Counted from the first letter of the stretch, positions 19,730 through 30,420 are shown. The stretch: DNA of 64,000 bases from Rhodospirillaceae bacterium (GCA_002713365.1 PASR01000011.1:342110-406109); one strand, 5' to 3'. Made by a program: numbers and translations. The notes: generated by a model not told the origin, from the sequence alone.

Positions 19730-19819
19730 ATGTCGAAATTGCAATATACCAAGGGTTTACATGGTTTAGGCAATGGTGTTTTTGCATGTTTTCACCCTGA
19801 TGTAATGAAAAAAAGCTGA
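19730..19819 (+). pseudogene. N-terminal stub of an MBL-fold metallo-hydrolase-like gene
   Basis: GAGGA RBS followed by MSKLQYTKGLHGLGNGVFACFHPD and a stop after 29 aa; resembles the remembered YTKGLHDLGNG..A.LQPDG N-terminus of MBL/cyclase-like hydrolases. Confidence 0.55.
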
Positions 19820-19876
19820 AGGCATGGCTGGTTCTCATAAATAAATAATAATAGCAAAGGTATAAGGGTTAATATT

Positions 19877-21415
19877 ATGAACTTAGGTATTCTTTTAACT
19901 CGCGCCGCGCGATCATTTCCTAACAGGACTGCAATAGCATTGGGGGAGACTACTTACTGCAATTATATTGAATTGGTTAATAGAGCCTCCTCAATAGCGA
20001 GATCTTTACAAACTGAGTTGGGCCTAAAAATTAATGATCGTATTGGATTATTTATGACAAATTGTCCAGAATTTCTGGAAGTTTTCCATGGTATACTCCA
20101 TGCGGGTATGACAACACTACCTATTAATAATAAATTACATGAAAAAGAACTTGCCTATATTCTAAATGATGCGAGAGCTAGCGCACTATTTGTTACGAAA
20201 GATTTAGCCGATAAAGCATCCATTGCTATAGCTCAAATTGATCATAGTATTCAGTTAATTGTAGTAGGTGATAAAGAATACACAAAGTTTTTGAAAAATG
20301 ACTCAATACCTATTGTTCATAGAACAGCAGATGATCTAGCATGGTTATTTTATACTAGTGGAACTACTGGCCAACCCAAAGGTGCAATGCTAACTCATCG
20401 TAATTTATGGGATGGAACTTTAAACTATTTTGTGGATGTGGACCGGGTGCCAATTAATGGAAGCGCAATTCATGCTGCTCCTATGTCTCATGGCTCTGGT
20501 TTTTATGGTTTGCCGCATCTTGCAGCGGGAGCTAAACAAGTGATCCCAGAATCTGGAGGTTTTAATCCAGAGGAGATTTATAAACTAATTGAATCTCATT
20601 CCGAAGTGGCTATGTTTGCAGCCCCGACCATGGTTAAACGATTTGTTGAGCATAATGGTGGTTCCCACACAAATAACCTAAGAACTATCACATATGGTGG
20701 TGGACCAATGTACGTTGAAGATTGTAAGCGTGCACTTGATCGATTGGGGCCAAAATTAATACAAATTTATGGCCAAGGCGAAAGTCCTATGACTATAACT
20801 GTTTTGCCAAGAGAGGATCATATTGCAGAAAATAACCCTCGTTTTGAAGAAAGATTAGCTTCTGTTGGCTACGCTCAAAGCGTAGTGGAAGTTTGTGTGG
20901 TCGACTCTAATAATAATACTCTTCCTAGCGGAGAAATTGGAGAAGTATTGGTCCGTGGCGACGTGGTAATGAAAGGTTATTGGGAAAAACCAGATATTAG
21001 CGCTGAAACACTTATTGATGGCTGGTTACATACAGGAGATATGGGTGTTTTTGATGAAGATGGGTATTTAACCTTAAAGGATAGATCCAAAGACTTAATT
21101 ATAAGCGGAGGATCAAATATATATCCCCGCGAGATAGAAGAAGTTTTACTTCGTCATTCAGCAGTTAGCGAATGTGCTGTGGTAGGTCGACCACATCAGG
21201 AATGGGGAGAAGAAGTCATAGCTTTTATAGCTCTATCTGAAGGTCAGGAAGTTGATAAAAAGGAACTTGATCAATTATGCCTTGATAATATTGCCAGATT
21301 CAAAAGACCTAAAGATTACAGAATAGCTAGAGCATTGCCTAAAAATAATTATGGTAAGATTGTTAAGCGTGAATTACGCAATTGGTTAGAAAACGAAACA
21401 GAAGTATTGGAGTGA
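19877..21415 (+). CDS. AMP-dependent acyl-CoA synthetase/ligase
   Basis: YTSGTTGQPKG, YGQGE, GWLHTGD, R.KD.IISGG.N, GKI.K. Confidence 0.93.
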   Translation: MNLGILLTRAARSFPNRTAIALGETTYCNYIELVNRASSIARSLQTELGLKINDRIGLFMTNCPEFLEVFHGILHAGMTTLPINNKLHEKELAYILNDARASALFVTKDLADKASIAIAQIDHSIQLIVVGDKEYTKFLKNDSIPIVHRTADDLAWLFYTSGTTGQPKGAMLTHRNLWDGTLNYFVDVDRVPINGSAIHAAPMSHGSGFYGLPHLAAGAKQVIPESGGFNPEEIYKLIESHSEVAMFAAPTMVKRFVEHNGGSHTNNLRTITYGGGPMYVEDCKRALDRLGPKLIQIYGQGESPMTITVLPREDHIAENNPRFEERLASVGYAQSVVEVCVVDSNNNTLPSGEIGEVLVRGDVVMKGYWEKPDISAETLIDGWLHTGDMGVFDEDGYLTLKDRSKDLIISGGSNIYPREIEEVLLRHSAVSECAVVGRPHQEWGEEVIAFIALSEGQEVDKKELDQLCLDNIARFKRPKDYRIARALPKNNYGKIVKRELRNWLENETEVLE

Positions 21416-21519
21416 TAAAACTTTTCTTAAACTTTTACGTTTTGTAAACAGATTTTTTGATAAGTATCTGTATTGTTATAAAAGCATCATTGCATATGTT
21501 TTCAGAAAGATTATTAGTC

Positions 21520-22470
21520 ATGTTGTCGCCTGTAGATTCAGAATTACAAGTAGTTTTTGAGACACTAAAAGAAGCTGGTGTAGCACTTCCAGACCCTGCG
21601 GAGGTTGGCCTTATTGAAGGGAGAAAGGCACGAGAGAGATATTATGCATTTTTAAATCAGCCTGATGGAAAAATACCAATGCAGGCTGTCAAAAATATAT
21701 CACTTCCTGGACCTTATGGACCTATACTTATACGGCTTTATTTTCCAACTAATGAAGAATCAGTCCCTGTAACTTTATTTGTACATGGTGGAGGGTGGTG
21801 GACTGGTAATGTAGATGCTTATGACCAAATTTGTAGACGCTTGGCTATGGAAACAAACTCTGCCGTTGCAAGCATTGAGTATAGATTGTGGCCTGAATAT
21901 CGTTTTCCTGTGCCGATTGAGGAGACTATTTTGGCGACAGAATGGATTCTGAATGAAGGAAAATCATACGGCCTAGATTCTTCAAGCATAGCACTTTGCG
22001 GCGATTCTGCAGGCGCAACTATTTGTTTGTATGTTGGCTCAATGCTTAAATCTAATAAATCTATAAAAGCTTTAGCCCTTGTATATGGTGTTTATAGCAC
22101 TGAATTAGATACACCATCATGGATAAAAATTGGTGATGGAACTTACGGGCTTACGGTTAGACAGATGCAATGGATATGGGATGGTTATTTAGGTGGGCAA
22201 GATATAAATCCAAAAGACCCTCGTTTGTCTCCTCTTAATGCTAACCTAAACGGACTTGCCCCTACCTGGGTAATGGTCGGTGATCTTGATCCATTGTTAG
22301 ATGATAATATTGCCTTAAATAAAGCACTAGAACTTGCTGGAGTAGAAACAATATTTAAAGTTGAAGAAGGGATCACACATTTTATATGGATGTGGCAGCG
22401 CCTATATGAAAGGTCGCGTTTATCAATAGCCGAAGCTTCAAATTTTTTGAAAAAATACTTAAGAGAGTGA
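21520..22470 (+). CDS. Alpha/beta hydrolase, HSL/acetyl esterase family
   Basis: HGGGW, EYRL.PE, GDSAG, DPL.DD, H; start position uncertain (21457-21520). Confidence 0.9.
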   Translation: MLSPVDSELQVVFETLKEAGVALPDPAEVGLIEGRKARERYYAFLNQPDGKIPMQAVKNISLPGPYGPILIRLYFPTNEESVPVTLFVHGGGWWTGNVDAYDQICRRLAMETNSAVASIEYRLWPEYRFPVPIEETILATEWILNEGKSYGLDSSSIALCGDSAGATICLYVGSMLKSNKSIKALALVYGVYSTELDTPSWIKIGDGTYGLTVRQMQWIWDGYLGGQDINPKDPRLSPLNANLNGLAPTWVMVGDLDPLLDDNIALNKALELAGVETIFKVEEGITHFIWMWQRLYERSRLSIAEASNFLKKYLRE

Positions 22471-22475
22471 TCGGT

Positions 22476-23381
22476 TCATTCTTTAGCCATTACATTATTT
22501 AAATGCTCCACAGCGTCATAGTATGGTTTAGGTTCTTTCAGTTCTAAAATTGTTTTCCATTGTGTTTCTATTAATTCTGGAGTGGCCTTTGTATGGGGGT
22601 TCATTCTGACCCCAGCGCCTTCTACAACGTGCACTTTTGAGTAGTATCCTGCTGTTGCTGCAATAATATTTCCAGATTCAACACATTCTTCACTGACAAG
22701 GTATGTTGCCATAGCCGTTACAGCTTCTGGGGTCACTAAGTTTGCATCATATTGATCAAAAATACCAGAAGGCTCAGCTATTCGAGTTGCTGCGAGAGGC
22801 GCCAGGGTATTGACATTTATATTATTACGACCAGTTTCGACTTTTAAACTATTCATTAATCCAACTATACCCATCTTTGCGGCTCCATAATTAGATTGAC
22901 CAAAATTTCCATAGATACCGGCGCTAGACGTTACCATAAGAATACGGCCGTAATCTTTTTCGCGCATGACTGGGTAGGCAGCATGAGTTGTGTAAACTGA
23001 ACCCATGAGGTGAACCTGAAGCACGAACTCATAGTCATCAAGTTCCATCTTATGGAAAGACTTGTCACGTACAATGCCTGCGTTGTTAATGAGTATATCG
23101 ACTGTTCCAAAAGAATCTAAAGCTGTTTTTACTATATTTGAGGCACTTTCTCTGCTCGCAACACTATCGTAGTTAGGGATAGCCTCTCCACCTGCTTTAA
23201 TAATTTCAGCTACCACTTCTTCCGCTGGTGTTTGTGAACTGCCACTACCATCAATGGCGCCTCCTATATCGTTAACGATAACTTTGGCTCCACGGGCGGC
23301 TAGTGATATGGCATAGCTACGACCTAGGCCATGTCCTGCACCTGTAACAATAGCAACTTTATTATCAAAACGAATTGTCAT
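22476..23381 (-). CDS. SDR, MFE-2/HSD17B4-like (R)-3-hydroxyacyl-CoA dehydrogenase
   Basis: TGAGHGLG, VND.GG..DG.G, NNAGIVRDKSF, GNFGQSNYGAAK; GGAG RBS before ATG at 23381. Confidence 0.9.
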   Translation of the reverse strand: MTIRFDNKVAIVTGAGHGLGRSYAISLAARGAKVIVNDIGGAIDGSGSSQTPAEEVVAEIIKAGGEAIPNYDSVASRESASNIVKTALDSFGTVDILINNAGIVRDKSFHKMELDDYEFVLQVHLMGSVYTTHAAYPVMREKDYGRILMVTSSAGIYGNFGQSNYGAAKMGIVGLMNSLKVETGRNNINVNTLAPLAATRIAEPSGIFDQYDANLVTPEAVTAMATYLVSEECVESGNIIAATAGYYSKVHVVEGAGVRMNPHTKATPELIETQWKTILELKEPKPYYDAVEHLNNVMAKE

Positions 23382-23634
23382 TATTCTCTCCAAATTTACT
23401 TTGTTTAGGTAATGTATTAATTTATTTACGTATTTAAATATTTTCTACTTCTTTTTAAGAAGTCAACAACCATAATTTAGCTAAAATTTAATATGTTATT
23501 AAATTTATAAAACATTAAATGTGTTTAATATTAAGCATGGGTTTGCTTATTTTTGAGAAAATTGATAGCGATACTTTAAGGCTATTAATGAAATAGTTTA
23601 ACCTACACTTATACCTACGAGGAATTTAATTTTC

Positions 23635-24546
23635 ATGGCAGAACTAGATTGGGTTCAATATTGGTTTATGTTCCCTATATCAATATGTGTTGCAACAACG
23701 GCGATGCTAAGCGGTATTGGGGGGGCAGCTCTCTTTATTCCTATTTTTGTAATTATTTTTCCTATTCTAGGACCTGAATACCCTCTTACCACTGCAGCCG
23801 CGATTGGTTCAGCACTTCTTACTGAAGTATTTGGGTTCTCTTCCGGTTTTGTAGGTTATTATAGAAAAAGGCTAATAGATTTTGGTAGTGCTATACCGTT
23901 TTTAATTGTATCGGTGCCTATAGCTATAATAGGAGCTATCTTATTGGCTACGATGAAAGAGCAAGAGGTTTTTCTTAAGGGATCATATGCTTTACTGATG
24001 CTTTTACTTTGCCCAATAATTCTTCGTCATACACCAAACGATAAAATTAAAGACATTAAACGTTTAGACGGTAAAAAAGGATCAAACTTAAAAACGGCAA
24101 GAACTATTACAGCAAGGGATGGAAATATATATAAATATGATAAACCAAAACTTGGTTTATTAGGTGTTTTGAGCACTGGAATTGGTGCCTTCCTCACTGG
24201 TTTATTAAGTGTAGGAATTGGAGAGGTAATAATGCCACAATTGGTAAAGCGCAATCGAGTTCCAGTTGCTGTAGCTGCTGCTACTTCAGTATTTACCGTA
24301 ATTATTACAATTGCTTCTGCGTCATTTACGCAAGTAACAGCGCTGATTGCGGCTGGTGGTATAAATGCAATTCCGTGGAACTTAGTTGTTTATACAGTTC
24401 CGGCCGTTGTTATTGGTGGACAAATTGGTCCACGTTTGCAAGGTAAGATATCGCAACGTGCTATGGAAAAGATAATTGCTATTTTATTTGGTATTATTGG
24501 TGTTTCTATGGGTTTTATAGTAGTTAGACAGCTAGGGGTTTTCTAG
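23635..24546 (+). CDS. TauE/SafE (TSUP) family membrane transporter
   Basis: SGIGGA, GLLSVGIGE..MPQL, AAATS, GGQIG; multiple TM helices. Confidence 0.88.
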   Translation: MAELDWVQYWFMFPISICVATTAMLSGIGGAALFIPIFVIIFPILGPEYPLTTAAAIGSALLTEVFGFSSGFVGYYRKRLIDFGSAIPFLIVSVPIAIIGAILLATMKEQEVFLKGSYALLMLLLCPIILRHTPNDKIKDIKRLDGKKGSNLKTARTITARDGNIYKYDKPKLGLLGVLSTGIGAFLTGLLSVGIGEVIMPQLVKRNRVPVAVAAATSVFTVIITIASASFTQVTALIAAGGINAIPWNLVVYTVPAVVIGGQIGPRLQGKISQRAMEKIIAILFGIIGVSMGFIVVRQLGVF

Positions 24547-24574
24547 TTTTATTACAACTGCGTCGAGGTGATAG

Positions 24575-25309
24575 GTGACGCTAGGAATTTCAGAAAGACG
24601 CTATATACGTCGACGTCGTGGACAGTTTATTATTCGGCTGTTGCGCTGGCTATTTGTTTTGGTGATTGCAATAGTTGCTGGTTATTATGCTTATGGTCTA
24701 GGTACTGATTTAGCGCTAAGAGAAACTCGGCTTTTAGAATCTCAATTACAGCAACTTAGTAAATTAAACCAACAACTAAAAACAGATATAATAGGTTTTG
24801 AAGCTGCTATTCGCGAAGAGCGTCGTCTAGTTGTACAATGGCGCGATCGTTATAAATCAGAAGTTCCAAAAGCTGAAGATTTAGCATTACTTCAAAACGT
24901 TAAAGAACGTATAGCAAGTGGCGTTTCACGAAAACGACTTAAGGAAATAATATTACTTGCTCAGGAAAAAGATTTGTGTGAAGCCGCAACTGAAACAAGA
25001 AGATTTGTTGTTCAAAACCCTGTTTATGCTGGACCAAACCAAACAGTTACCTTCGCTAATAGATCAATTATTATTGCTGCTATTGGTGAATCAAAAATAA
25101 ATTTAAATGGTAGACCTGAGGCTTGGTTTGACCCCGCTAAACCAATTACCGTCTATTTTACGAGACCCAGTGGAGCGGCCACTTCGACCAAGGGTATTTT
25201 ACCCCTACATCATGCAGTGGTAATTGGTGATAGTGAGTATCGTTTTAATATTGTATCTGGAGAAAGATCTTTTGCTAGAGTAACGGCTCACAAATGTGTT
25301 TATCCATAG
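24575..25309 (+). CDS. Hypothetical single-TM coiled-coil protein
   Basis: Basic N-terminus, TM helix, coiled coil, then a beta-rich domain with EAWFDP and a Cys pair; GAGGTG RBS. Confidence 0.7.
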   Translation: MTLGISERRYIRRRRGQFIIRLLRWLFVLVIAIVAGYYAYGLGTDLALRETRLLESQLQQLSKLNQQLKTDIIGFEAAIREERRLVVQWRDRYKSEVPKAEDLALLQNVKERIASGVSRKRLKEIILLAQEKDLCEAATETRRFVVQNPVYAGPNQTVTFANRSIIIAAIGESKINLNGRPEAWFDPAKPITVYFTRPSGAATSTKGILPLHHAVVIGDSEYRFNIVSGERSFARVTAHKCVYP

Positions 25310-25610
25310 AAAATTTATTAAGTCTAATAAATAAGGGCGCTATTTACCTCTAATCCTAGCTAAATAAAATTTATCTTTCATATTCATATAGTTAAATATT
25401 AGTAATTAGTTATGCACTTAGTCTAGCATAATACATAATCTGCTAATATTTTAATTTTACTAGAATACTTCGATGGTCTTGAAACAGGTTGATTAAACTA
25501 GTAAAGCGGAGTCGAATTATTTTTAAATTAATTTAAAATAGTTATTTATAGTAGACTATAGGTCTTATGGCCTTAAATATTTGAAAAGTAAGTTAGGGAG
25601 AGCATTTGTT

Positions 25611-26618
25611 GTGAATATGTTATTAGAGATTAACAGCCTTACCAAACGCTTTGGTCCTATCACAGCTGTTGATAATGTTTCATTTTCGGTTGAACGAGGA
25701 GAAGTATTAGGTTTTCTAGGGCCAAATGGAGCAGGAAAATCTACTACGATGAAAATGGCAACTGGTTACTTATCTCCTACTGCTGGAGATGTTAAGGTTT
25801 GCGGATACGACGTACAAAGCCATCCTATAGAGGTGAAGAGGCGTATAGGTTATCTTCCTGAAGGTGCTCCTCTCTACGGAGAAATGACGCCTTTTAGTCT
25901 TCTGAACTTCGTTAGCGATATTCGTAAGTTGTCGCGAGAAGAACGAAAACATGGAATGGAGCATGCGATTGAGAGTTTACATTTACAAAGAGTGCTGCAT
26001 CAACCAATTGAGACACTTTCAAAAGGATACAAGAGAAGAGTAGGGCTCGCTCAGGCAATCATTCACGAACCTGATGTATTAGTTCTTGATGAACCTACAG
26101 ATGGTCTTGATCCAAATCAGAAGCATGAAGTCCGCGAATTATTGGAGCGTATGGCTAGCACTAAGGCAATAATTATTTCTACCCATATTTTAGAAGAGGT
26201 AGATGCGGTTTGTAGTAGAGCAATTATTATTTCACAAGGAAGAATAGTTGCAGATAAAAAGCCATCAGAGCTTGAGATGGAATCAGTTTATCATAATGCG
26301 GTTGGTATAAGATTGTTAAATGAAAATGTTGAAAAGTGTATCACTGTAATGAATGAAATTAATGAGGTTCTTTCCGTTGAACATGTAGATCAGTCTGATG
26401 AGCTAATTCACTTGGTGGTTTTTCCTAAAAAGGGTGCTGATATATTAACTAAAGTTAACTCCGCGCTTGATGAGAATAAATTAAAGGTTGCCGAAATGTA
26501 TCTAGAAAAAGGGCGATTGGAAGATGTATTTAGAGATTTAACCCTTAATGAAGGGGGGGTAGGATCAAAAGGTGTTGATCCTACTAGTGGGGTTAAAGAG
26601 GCGGCTAGTCATGCGTAA
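25611..26618 (+). CDS. ABC transporter ATP-binding protein (GldA-like)
   Basis: GPNGAGKST, LSKGYKRR signature, LDEPT.GLDP.Q, STHIL. Confidence 0.92.
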   Translation: MNMLLEINSLTKRFGPITAVDNVSFSVERGEVLGFLGPNGAGKSTTMKMATGYLSPTAGDVKVCGYDVQSHPIEVKRRIGYLPEGAPLYGEMTPFSLLNFVSDIRKLSREERKHGMEHAIESLHLQRVLHQPIETLSKGYKRRVGLAQAIIHEPDVLVLDEPTDGLDPNQKHEVRELLERMASTKAIIISTHILEEVDAVCSRAIIISQGRIVADKKPSELEMESVYHNAVGIRLLNENVEKCITVMNEINEVLSVEHVDQSDELIHLVVFPKKGADILTKVNSALDENKLKVAEMYLEKGRLEDVFRDLTLNEGGVGSKGVDPTSGVKEAASHA

Positions 26619-27345
26619 CATTTATCTTATTGGAAGTAGAGAGCTAGCAGCTTATTTTACTTCACCAGTAGCCTATGTTTTTATTGTTATATTCTTAGCG
26701 TTAGCGGGTGGATTAACTTTCTTTTTTGGTAATTGGCTGGAGCGCGGTCAAGCGGATTTACAAGTTTTCTTTGTTTATCATCCTTACCTTTATCTTTTTT
26801 TAATACCTGCAGTTGGTATGCGTCTATGGGCTGAAGAACGAAAGTCGGGAACTATGGAGTTCCTAATGACTCTACCGATTTCAACTGGCCAAGCAGTAAT
26901 AGGAAAATTTATAGCCGCTTGGATATTCGCGGGTATAGCCCTTGTTCTAACTTTTCCCATTTGGGTTTCTGTTAATTATCTCGGGAACCCTGATAATGGT
27001 ATTATTATAACCGCTTATGTTGGCAGTTGGCTTATGGCGGGTGGGTTCCTTGCCCTTAGTTCAAGTGTTTCTGCATTAACTAAAAACCAAGTTGTAGCAT
27101 TTGTTCTTGCAGCTGTCTTATGTTTTGTATTTCTTATGAGCGGTGTGGAGATAGTACAGGCATTCTTTCGAGCTTGGGCACCTCCAAAGTTTGTTGATGC
27201 TATCGCAGAGTTAAGTTTCCTTACTAATTTTGGGGATTTATCACAGGGAGTTATTGATATTCGTGACATTTTATTCTTTGCCTCTGTTATAGCGGTGGCA
27301 TTATTTATTAATACTGCAATTGTCGAAATAAAGAAGAGTGCCTAA
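26611..27345 (+). CDS. ABC-2 type permease (GldF-like)
   Basis: REL..YF.SP.AY, MRLWAEE...GT.E.L.TLP, GKF, T.NQ; GAGG RBS before ATG at 26611. Confidence 0.9.
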   Translation: MRNIYLIGSRELAAYFTSPVAYVFIVIFLALAGGLTFFFGNWLERGQADLQVFFVYHPYLYLFLIPAVGMRLWAEERKSGTMEFLMTLPISTGQAVIGKFIAAWIFAGIALVLTFPIWVSVNYLGNPDNGIIITAYVGSWLMAGGFLALSSSVSALTKNQVVAFVLAAVLCFVFLMSGVEIVQAFFRAWAPPKFVDAIAELSFLTNFGDLSQGVIDIRDILFFASVIAVALFINTAIVEIKKSA

Positions 27346-27347
27346 CG

Positions 27348-29273
27348 ATGATTGAAAAGATTAAAAATACTGATCGAAGTGTTTTAGCTGTAATGTGCGT
27401 AGGATTAGCTATTATATTTTTTCTTGCTTTTAATGCTTTAATTAATACTGCTTTCACTTCTAGCCGCCTGGATCTAACTCAAGACAAATTATTTACTTTG
27501 TCAGATGGCACTAAGAAATTGTTATCGACAATAGATGAACCGATAGATGTAAGATTATATTATTCTAGGCGTTTTAATGAAATTGGCCCCGATATAGCTC
27601 GACATGCAACTCGAGTGACCGAATTACTAGGAGAATACGAGAGATTATCTAATGGTATGATTCGTTTTGAGGTATTTGATCCTGAACCGTTTTCTCCTGA
27701 AGAGGATTTGGCAGTAAGTGATGGCCTACAAGGTTTACCTTTTGATCAATCAGGAGAGCTTGTTTATTTTGGGGTTGCAGGAACAAATAGTACTGATGAC
27801 ACAGACTCCATTGGGTATTTGTCTCCTGAACGTGGTCCTTTTTTAGAGTATGATTTAACACGGTTGGTGCATAATTTAGCAAATCCTGACAAAGCTAGAA
27901 TTACTATTTTATCTGACCTTCCTTTACAAGGGACTAAATTCGATAATTACAAGGAGTGGCTAATAGTTGAGGGCATGAAGCAATTCTTTGACGTTCAATT
28001 CATTGACAGAGAAGATAAAAAAATACCTGAAAAGACTGAGGTTTTAGTTATAGCTGCCGTACATACCCTTAATCCCTCCTTAACATATGCAATAGATCAA
28101 TTTGTTATGAAAGGTGGACGTATTTTGGCATTTGTTGATCCATTTGCTGAATCTATGGCCTTAGCTGGTCCTCAGGCAGGACAACTTCCACCCCCAGGAG
28201 TTGGGATAGGGGCGATGACCCCTCTGCTTAAGTCGTGGGGTGTTGAAATGCCTGCGGGCAAATTTGTTGCTAATAGCGATGACGCTGTTCGCGTTGGTTT
28301 TCCAGACCCTGAGTCTGGCCAACAAGTTGCTGTTGATTACGTTTCTTGGTTAACACTAGTTGGTGATAGGTTTTCTAAGAATGATACTGTTAGTGGTCAA
28401 CTGCAGAGAATTGTTGTTAGCTCTGCTGGGGCTTTCTTGCCAACTAAAGAGTCGAGTATAAAGTTTGAACCACTTATTTATACTTCAAAAAATTCAAATT
28501 TGATGGATGCTTTTGAGATAGCTCAGCAACCAAATCCAATTACGCTTATGAAAAAATTCCAATCTGAGGATAAATCTTATCCTATAGCAGTAAGAATTTC
28601 AGGCAATATTAAGTCTTTATACCCTGATGGACCGCCAAAAGAGGTTACTAAATTAGACAAAGATACTACTTCTGTAGACGTTTCGCATTTATCGGAAACT
28701 AAAGTTCCTTTGAATGCGATACTAGTTGGTGATGCTGATTTTTTAGCTGACAGAAATTGGGCTAGAGTTCAAGAAATTGCAGGTCAGCGGCTAACAATGC
28801 CCCAAGCTAATAATGCCGACTTTGCGATTAATGCTTTAGATAATCTTCGTGGTAGTCAGGCATTAGTTGGCTTACGAGGGAGGGGTCTATCAGTAAGGCC
28901 GTTTGAAATAATAAAAGAAATGCGCCAGATAGCTGATGATAAATTTCGTGCTAGGGAACAAGAATTACTTAATAGTATTAGTAAAATAGAAAAAAATATT
29001 GATGAACTTAAACGCGAAGAACAAAATACGGGAGTAATACTGACTTCAGCGCAACAGAATGAAATTGATAATTTTCGAGTTAAAATGCTAGATAGTAGAC
29101 GTGATTTACGCCAAGTACAGCGTTCTTTAAGAAACGATGTGGAGACTTTAGAAAATCGAATACGTGTAGTAAATATTTGGGCGGTTCCTGTAGTAATTGC
29201 CTTTATAGCTATACTATTGGCATTTGTTCGCCGTGCTCGTCGCGCCCGATTTTATAGAACTGCTTTGCACTAG
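27348..29273 (+). CDS. GldG-like ABC-type uncharacterised auxiliary component
   Basis: RLDLT.DKLFTLS.GT, EYDLT, DQFVM.GG, GDADFL, N..FA.NA.D, coiled coil and C-terminal TM. Confidence 0.88.
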   Translation: MIEKIKNTDRSVLAVMCVGLAIIFFLAFNALINTAFTSSRLDLTQDKLFTLSDGTKKLLSTIDEPIDVRLYYSRRFNEIGPDIARHATRVTELLGEYERLSNGMIRFEVFDPEPFSPEEDLAVSDGLQGLPFDQSGELVYFGVAGTNSTDDTDSIGYLSPERGPFLEYDLTRLVHNLANPDKARITILSDLPLQGTKFDNYKEWLIVEGMKQFFDVQFIDREDKKIPEKTEVLVIAAVHTLNPSLTYAIDQFVMKGGRILAFVDPFAESMALAGPQAGQLPPPGVGIGAMTPLLKSWGVEMPAGKFVANSDDAVRVGFPDPESGQQVAVDYVSWLTLVGDRFSKNDTVSGQLQRIVVSSAGAFLPTKESSIKFEPLIYTSKNSNLMDAFEIAQQPNPITLMKKFQSEDKSYPIAVRISGNIKSLYPDGPPKEVTKLDKDTTSVDVSHLSETKVPLNAILVGDADFLADRNWARVQEIAGQRLTMPQANNADFAINALDNLRGSQALVGLRGRGLSVRPFEIIKEMRQIADDKFRAREQELLNSISKIEKNIDELKREEQNTGVILTSAQQNEIDNFRVKMLDSRRDLRQVQRSLRNDVETLENRIRVVNIWAVPVVIAFIAILLAFVRRARRARFYRTALH

Positions 29274-29290
29274 AAAAATGAGGAATTGAA

Positions 29291-30337
29291 ATGAGCCCGC
29301 GTATTTTTTTCAGCTGGCTAGTGATCACTGTCGTTACAGTGATACTTGCAACATTAATTGTTTTGGATCGACCTACTGCTAATTTTGATACGGTGTCTAG
29401 CGAACCGGTTTTCAAGGCCTTGAGATCTAATCCAGAATCTGCTGCTAAAATCGATATAAAAAGTCGCTTTGGAGAATTTTTATTAACTCGTTCTAATGGA
29501 ATTTGGATAACCCCTGATCGTTTTAGTTATAAAGTTGAGGAAAACGATGTTCGCCGCTTATTGGTAGGTCTATCTGACATGCGCTATATCGAACGAAAAA
29601 CATCTATTCCAGAACGCTTTAATCGTTTAGAAGTTGAGGACATAAATAGTGATGAATCTGAATCGGCTTATGTAAAAATTTCAAATGCGACTGGGGGTGT
29701 ACTTGCTGAGATTATTGTAGGTCGTCCAAGTTCGCGTTTTATTGATGGTTCTGTTAGTGGTACTTATATAAGAGAACCAGACACTAATAATGTATGGCTA
29801 GTAAGTGGTTTAGCTAACGTACAGACTAGATTAGTACCTTGGTTGCAGAGAAGAATTATTTCTATTCCTTCCGATAAAATTACAAAAATAAATCTTCATA
29901 ATGACGAAAATAAGGTCTTACTTACAAGAGGCAAGTTGAAAGAAGATGTATTCCAGTTAGTAGATATGCCTAAAGGAAGAAAACTCAATAAAAATAAAAT
30001 AAATTCTATTAGTAGATCCCTTGCTGAAGTTAACTTTGAAGATGTTGTTCCTCGGGGAAAATTAGTATTTCCAGCTAATGTGAATGTGGCTAAGGTCACG
30101 ACTTATTCTGGAGTAGAGGTAACTATTCTGATGGCGAAGATAGAAAATAAATATTGGGGACGGTTATCTGCAGAATATGTAGGAGCCTCATCTAAGGACC
30201 CAGAGATAAAGAAGTTGGCGCTTAAGGAAGTAAAAGAGATTAATGAAAGAGTAAAAGATTGGGCTTATTGGCTACCAAGTGCTCTATTTGAAGAGCTTAA
30301 CACAAGTTATGATCAACTGCTTATGTCTCAAAAATAG
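29291..30337 (+). CDS. DUF4340 domain protein
   Basis: N-terminal TM, then W...Y...L..L...KT...L...YIR......WLV pattern; follows the GldG-like gene. Confidence 0.75.
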   Translation: MSPRIFFSWLVITVVTVILATLIVLDRPTANFDTVSSEPVFKALRSNPESAAKIDIKSRFGEFLLTRSNGIWITPDRFSYKVEENDVRRLLVGLSDMRYIERKTSIPERFNRLEVEDINSDESESAYVKISNATGGVLAEIIVGRPSSRFIDGSVSGTYIREPDTNNVWLVSGLANVQTRLVPWLQRRIISIPSDKITKINLHNDENKVLLTRGKLKEDVFQLVDMPKGRKLNKNKINSISRSLAEVNFEDVVPRGKLVFPANVNVAKVTTYSGVEVTILMAKIENKYWGRLSAEYVGASSKDPEIKKLALKEVKEINERVKDWAYWLPSALFEELNTSYDQLLMSQK

Positions 30338-30420
30338 CCATCATCTTATTTATAGACTCACAATAAAATTTATAACTAAAGACACAAAGTAATATATATA
30401 GAAGCTTTTTGGAGTAAAAT

